Shown piece by piece: positions 36,404-42,432 of a DNA stretch of 42,432 nt. Source of the DNA: Octopus bimaculoides (lineage: Eukaryota); contig NC_068985.1 of the NCBI RefSeq assembly GCF_001194135.2, positions 41,129,927-41,172,358 on the forward strand, given 5' to 3'. The notes beneath the pieces were generated by a model. It saw only the letters and a list, made by a program, of their open reading frames with translations, did not search any database and was not told where the DNA came from. How positions within the stretch are numbered: position 1 is the first letter of the stretch; each line of letters begins with the position of its first letter. The translations under genes and the position numbers were made by a program.

Positions 36404-37019
36404 NNNNNNNNNNNNNNNNNNNNNNNNNNNNNNNNNNNNNNNNNNNNNNNNNNNNNNNNNNNNNNNNNNNNNNNNNNNNNNNNNNNNNNNNNNNNNNNNN
36501 NNNNNNNNNNNNNNNNNNNNNNNNNNNNNNNNNNNNNNNNNNNNNNNNNNNNNNNNNNNNNNNNNNNNNNNNNNNNNNNNNNNNNNNNNNNNNNNNNNNN
36601 NNNNNNNNNNNNNNNNNNNNNNNNNNNNNNNNNNNNNNNNNNNNNNNNNNNNNNNNNNNNNNNNNNNNNNNNNNNNNNNNNNNNNNNNNNNNNNNNNNNN
36701 NNNNNNNNNNNNNNNNNNNNNNNNNNNNNAGTCGTCGAACTTAGAAAGAATAGCCGGAAGAAATGCCGTTAAGCATTTTCCCAGTATGCTAACGATTCTG
36801 CCAGCGTGCGACCTTAACACATACACACACACAAACGGTGGCGGAGGCAAACACAGACACAGAAACACACACATATGACGGGCTTCTTTCAGTCTCCGTC
36901 TACCAGATCCACTCACAAGGTTTTGATCGGCCCAAGGCTATAGTAGAAGACATTTGCCCAAGGTGTCACGCAGTGCGACTGAACCCTGAACTATGCTGTT
37001 GGGAAGCAAGCTTCTTATT

Positions 37020-37247
37020 TCTTTATTGCCCACAAGGGGCTAAACATAGAGGGGACAAACAAGGACATACAAACGGATTAAGTCGATTACATCGACCCCA
37101 GTGCGTAACTGGTACTTAACTTATCGACCCCGAAAGGATGAAAGGCAAATTCGGCCTCGGCAGAATTTGAACTCAGAACGTAACGGCAGACGAAATACTG
37201 CTAAGCATTTCGCCCGGCGTGCTAACGTTTCTGCCAGCTCGCCGCTT
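37020..37247 (-). mobile_element. SINE family B copy, abutting a family A 5' half (36810-37018) and a family B head (36730-36810)
   Basis: Reverse complement of the family consensus seen elsewhere in the window. Confidence 0.85.
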
Positions 37248-40200
37248 CTTACCACACAGCCACATAAGTAGTTTTCATTTTTTTACCTCAACCATTCAAA
37301 TATGCTAGCTTTGTCATAACTTTTTCTCTCAATCCACCAAATTCATTATAAGTAGTAGTTAATTACTGTCCCAAATACAATTGTTTACTCTTTTTTTTTT
37401 TTAATCTTTTACTTGTTTCAGTCATCGAGCTGAGGTCATGCTGAAGTAAACTGCTTTGAAGGGTTTAGTCCGGACAGATCGAACCCACTGCTTAGGTTTT
37501 TTTTAAAGTCTGGTAGTTATTCTAGTTCTCACTGTTGCCAAAGCGCTATGTCACGGGGACATAAACAAACCAACAGCGGTGTTGTGAAGCGGTGGTGGTG
37601 GGATGACAAACACAAACACACTCATGAACACACATACATACATATATAGGACGGGCTGCCACGCTGTTTGCACCTACCGAATTCACTCATAAGGCTTTGG
37701 TCAGCCCTAGGTTGTATTAGAAAACACTTGCCCAAGGTAACACGCAGTGGGATTGAACCGAAGACGACGTAGTTGCAAAGCGAGCTTCTTAACCATGCAG
37801 CCATTCTCGCACTTACATCACCATTTTTTAAAACTAAATCCACTAGTTGCCCTGATTGTGTCATAACATTTTCACCAAATACACTTTGTCATACATATAC
37901 CACTCAATCCAAAAACGCAGACGTGACAGCCGATAGATTCCGATTTCGACCCAGTTGGTTGTCATACAATTTCGTAGTAGTTGGATATGTCTCCAAAGAT
38001 ATTTTTGAGCAAGAAGACCCAAACACACATACACTGACACGCACAGGTGTGTATGTTACCACACACACACACAATATACGAGTCAATGAACAGACGAAAG
38101 GCACACATACTTATAAATCTGTTTGCGTGCGTGCATATATGTATCACATTTATACGGCATATGAGCATCTACACACACACATGAATATGTATGTTTGTGT
38201 ATGCATATCTAATTATATATATGCGAAAACACAAATGTGTCTTTGTGTGCTGGTATGAGTGTATGTGTAAGTCTATTTGTGTACACACATACACATGTAA
38301 AGTTAGACTAAATGGTCATATGCGTGTCAGTTCCGTAGCTGAATGTAACTTAATTAAGCCGAAACTGCGATCTCTTAGTTTTTAGACTTTATGTTCGCTC
38401 GCTGCCTGCCTGTCTGTCTGTCCCCCCCCCCTCTCGTCCTTATAGCTTCAACATTCTTAAACATTAAGCCTAAACATATATTGTTCTACAGACTCGGTGT
38501 TTTGTCATGTAATTTTCCTCGAACATGTATCGTTCAATTCACCGCTGGTTGATAAAATCTGAATACATATACGTAAATATTGTAACCACGTATCAGTCGT
38601 TCCATCAACGATTCAAACTACTCTAAAGCTGAATGAAATCCAATATGGCTGAAATATTTCTGTTATCATATCTGCATCTTCTTTCGGCGTGATTATAAGC
38701 TCCAAATCATTTGTCGGGATCCTTGCGTTCTGAGTTCAAAGGGACCAAATCCTGCCGTAGCCCACATGGGCGATAGACTTAATCAGTTGCCTAGCTTAAC
38801 TTTGGTTCAAAGAAAAAGTTCCCTCTATGTGGGTCTATTTCCAACGGTTTGGTAAAACGAAGGAAGATGCATGGAAGATGGACGTTAAACGATGATGATG
38901 ATGATAATGATGATGATGATGATGATAATGATGATGATGATGATGAAGGAATATACACTCAAGTGAAACACGCAGTACGACTTTACTCCTCTCAACTTTT
39001 TCTTTTCTGCACCTCACTAAAATTCAGGTGAAAGCCTTTACACGATTTTTGTTTTCGTTCTACTACAAATCGTAGGGAAATCCCTTTCAAATCATACTCT
39101 ACTGTCTTAGATAAAGAATAATGCATCAAACAATGTAATCACTTGTATACCTAAAAAAAAAAAAATAATACAGGATGATCACGGTTAGGACATCTTTTAT
39201 CACTATTCTGTTCGATTTGGGGATAAACAACAACAAAAACAAAAGTGGTCGAGTTGGCAAAAACATTGAGTTATGAACTCATAGGTCGTACGTTCAGATC
39301 TTTTTTAATGGTGTTTCGTTATGTCTTTCAGTTGGGTTATGTAGTCCTCCACTGTCACGGTTTATTTCGCTGTGATACATATATTAAATATGTTAGTCTA
39401 AAACATCGTTTCCCAAGTGGAATTTCCCAGAGACCGAGGCTTCCGTAATAATTTTATGCAAATGCATTTTTGAGTTATTGTGGGTAATGCCAAACCTGTC
39501 AAAGACAGTTTTTTGATTTACTCTTTTACTTGTTTCAGTCATTGGACTGCGGCCATGCTGGAGTACCGCCTTTAGTCAAGCAAATCGACCCCAGGACTTA
39601 TTCTTTGGAAGCCTAGTACTTATTCTATCGGTCTCTTTTTGCCGAACCGTTAAGTTACAAGGACGTAAACACACCAGCATCGGTTGTCAAGCGATGATGG
39701 GGGGGGGGACAAACACAGACACACACGCATATATATATATATANNNNNNNNNNNNNNNNNNNNNNNNNNNNNNNNNNNNNNNNNNNNNNNNNNNNNNNNN
39801 NNNNNNNNNNNNNNNNNNNNNNNNNNNNNNNNNNNNNNNNNNNNNNNNNNNNNNNNNNNNNNNNNNNNNNNNNNNNNNNNNNNNNNNNNNNNNNNNNNNN
39901 NNNNNNNNNNNNNNNNNNNNNNNNNNNNNNNNNNNNNNNNNNNNNNNNNNNNNNNNNNNNNNNNNNNNAAGTTAGCTTTAAGAAAGAGGGAGAGAAGGAA
40001 AGCGAGAAATAGAGAGGGAGAGAGAGAGAACAATTTGAACGGTGTTTCCAGAGATATAGAATGCACTTCAATGATTCTCTAAGAATAACCCTAATCCTAA
40101 TAGTAAAATGGTTTGGAAACTCTGGTCTAACATCATATCCGAATCTTTTTTCGTATTATCTGAAAAATTATACCTGCAATTTCAACAAAGTCACATGAAA

Positions 40201-40341
40201 AAAGACCAAAACATTTTACGTATCAATAAATAAGATAAAAATAAGAATAAAAATTCCCAAAACGATTAAATCAAGTTCAAAATTTTAAACAAAACTAGAC
40301 GTTCCCGCATGGTGTAAAAAAAAAAGAAAGAAGCCATTTAC

Positions 40342-40420
40342 CTCATGGGTTTAAATAAAGCTCGGCCTTCGTTCTCAAAAGTAAAAATCAACTTCAATTG
40401 CGTGCCACCAGATTTCATTT
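40342..40420 (-). CDS. FAM20C: FAM20C coding exon, Gly-rich loop and ATP-binding Lys
   Basis: TTTTCTAG|AA ATG...CCC ATG AG|GTAAAT; 79 bp; [26 protein letters not shown] matches the FAM20C motif [11 protein letters not shown]...LFKPM. Confidence 0.95.
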
Positions 40421-41069
40421 CTAGAAAATAAAATGTTAGAAATAAAGGTTGTCATTGAAGTAGAACTATAGTACTCATATATAGAACACATAATTAAGAC
40501 GCACCGCTATTTTGGTGTGTTTCATCGGGGCTGATCTGAGGTTAAACGAGAACAGCCACAGCATGTTGATATCTTATGCAGAGATTATGAAATAAATACA
40601 AAATTTTACCGATACTCTCACGATGAATCTGCCCTTATATTAACTTTTGACAAAACACCACCACCACCACCATCATTATCATCATCAGTAGCAGCATCGT
40701 CATCGCCACCATCGTTGTCGTCATGAGCCAATAAGGAACTCTCTACATACATGCGAACAAACATAATTGGTATAGAGGTAAAGTGGATTAGAAGGATGAG
40801 TGGGTAGGTTTGAAAAATGCCATGCAGTATTTTGTTATAATCCTTTACGATCTCAGTTCGAATTTCGCCATGTTGGGCTACCTAATCGACCTTCTGAAAT
40901 GGAAATTTCTTTCTCTCCCCCTCTCTCTCTTTCTGTGCCTCTCCTTCTCTTTTTCTTTCTCACACACACGTATTTTATGAGTTTATTGGAGCACACGTAC
41001 AAATCCACAAATAGCTATTTAAGGCGTCTTAATCTGCAATGCATAAATATAACACTTTTTGTGCCTTAC

Positions 41070-41197
41070 CAACTTCTTCAATTGGTTGTTCCAGCAGATC
41101 CTTAAGCACAGCCTTAACAGCAGGGTCTCTACTGTCATACAGAGCATCCTGCTTGATATTGTAGAAAATAGCTTCCCAACTGGTCAGTTTGGACATT
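41070..41197 (-). CDS. FAM20C: FAM20C coding exon (first visible; upstream exons outside window)
   Basis: TTTGCAG|A ATG TCC...GAA GTT G|GTAAG; 128 bp; MSKLTSWEAIFYNIKQDALYDSRDPAVKAVLKDLLEQPIEEV; phase 1 end fits the next exon (E-MKSGG). Confidence 0.85.
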
Positions 41198-41289
41198 CTG
41201 CAAATATATAAAGAAACAGATATATAAATAAATAAATATAAGACAAAAGAATATAAATTATTTTGTGGGGGTGGGTAGAGAAGAGGCTA

Positions 41290-41342
<53 letters not shown>

Positions 41343-42432
41343 CAAATAATATGTGAGTATATGCATATATACGGACATGTGAGGGGTTTAATTCACTGAT
41401 GATCTAAACGAATAGGTACGCTGCATAAGTGCTATAATTGGTCATCCGTTAGATTCCAAGTTCACAGCTGAGGCTGGAGCTAGGGACCCATAGTAGGCTT
41501 CCAAGTCAGCAGGTATATATCAAAAGGAAATGAAAACAAAACCTAAAGAAACATGCGAGTCATTGATTAAGAACTACAAGAAGAGATATGTTGAAGTGGA
41601 ACTGAATAATGGTTATGCTACGAAGTATTAAATCAGAATTATCAGTTATTTCTGTTCTGTACAAATACTTTTTTCACCCATAAATATTTATAATTGCATA
41701 TAAATTCATTAGTTACTATAATTTATTAGTTTCTTTTGCATATTCTTAGTTTATGCATGTGTATGCAAATATAGTATTGGTATATCCCATTTATGTTCAT
41801 TAGAAATTAAATAAATAAAGAATTTTTGACATGTACGAATATTTATTTCCCCCCACTGTATATATATATTCTCTTTTCTCTCTTTTATTTGTTTCAGTCA
41901 TTTGACTGTGGCCATGCTGGAGCACCGCCTTTAGTCGAGCAAATTGACCCGAGGACTTATTCTTTGTAAACCTAGTACTTATTCTATCAGTCTCTTTTGC
42001 TGAACCGCTAAGTTACGNNNNNNNNNNATACACGAAGCAATGGTGGTGGGGAACAAACAGAGACACACAAACACACACACACACACATATATATATGTTT
42101 GTGTGTCTGTGTTTGTCCCCCCCATCGCTTGACAACCGATGTCAATAATGTGCTTACGTCCACGAAACATAGCGGTTCGGCAAAAGATACCGATGGAATA
42201 AGTACTAGGCTTACAAAGAATAAGTCCTGAGGTCAATTAGTTCGATTAAAGGCGGTCCTACAACATTGCCGCAGTCAAATGACTGAAAGAAGTAAAAGAA
42301 TAAAAAAATATATATATGTATGTATGTATATTCGATGTACATATATATGTATACTTGTATGTTTGTGCATGTATGTATGTATGTATGTATGTATGTATGT
42401 ATGTATGTATGTATATATATATATACGTACAT

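Overview
Eukaryotic, AT-rich, microsatellite-dense scaffold with N gaps. The SINEs and repeat style point to an octopus genome (inference). The one host gene I can support is FAM20C (Golgi casein kinase) on the minus strand. Six coding exons are visible, from 41197 down to the stop at 25032, with consistent GT-AG splice phases. The 5' exon(s) lie beyond the window, and one internal exon (the ERHNAEIAAFHLD exon) is not visible. The rest is transposon debris: two full-length DD34D mariners, two further Tc1/mariner copies, a mariner 3' end, a decayed Tx1/L1-clade LINE whose ORF1 is bracketed by a 166-bp direct repeat, three tRNA-derived SINE families and a HINE-like element. The most interesting signal is invisible to the ORF track: a set of minimal type I hammerhead ribozyme (HHR) motifs with palindromic helix III, the Penelope-like/retrozyme architecture. 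Two have intact catalytic cores (32519-32568 minus, sense to the FAM20C pre-mRNA; 36139-36185 plus). Others carry a shared CUGA>CCGA change or are decayed. Several sit in or beside long fold-back palindromes, including two copies of one unit folded at opposite ends (dumbbell-like permutation). Coordinates and pairings were counted by hand; no folding, alignment or database search was run.
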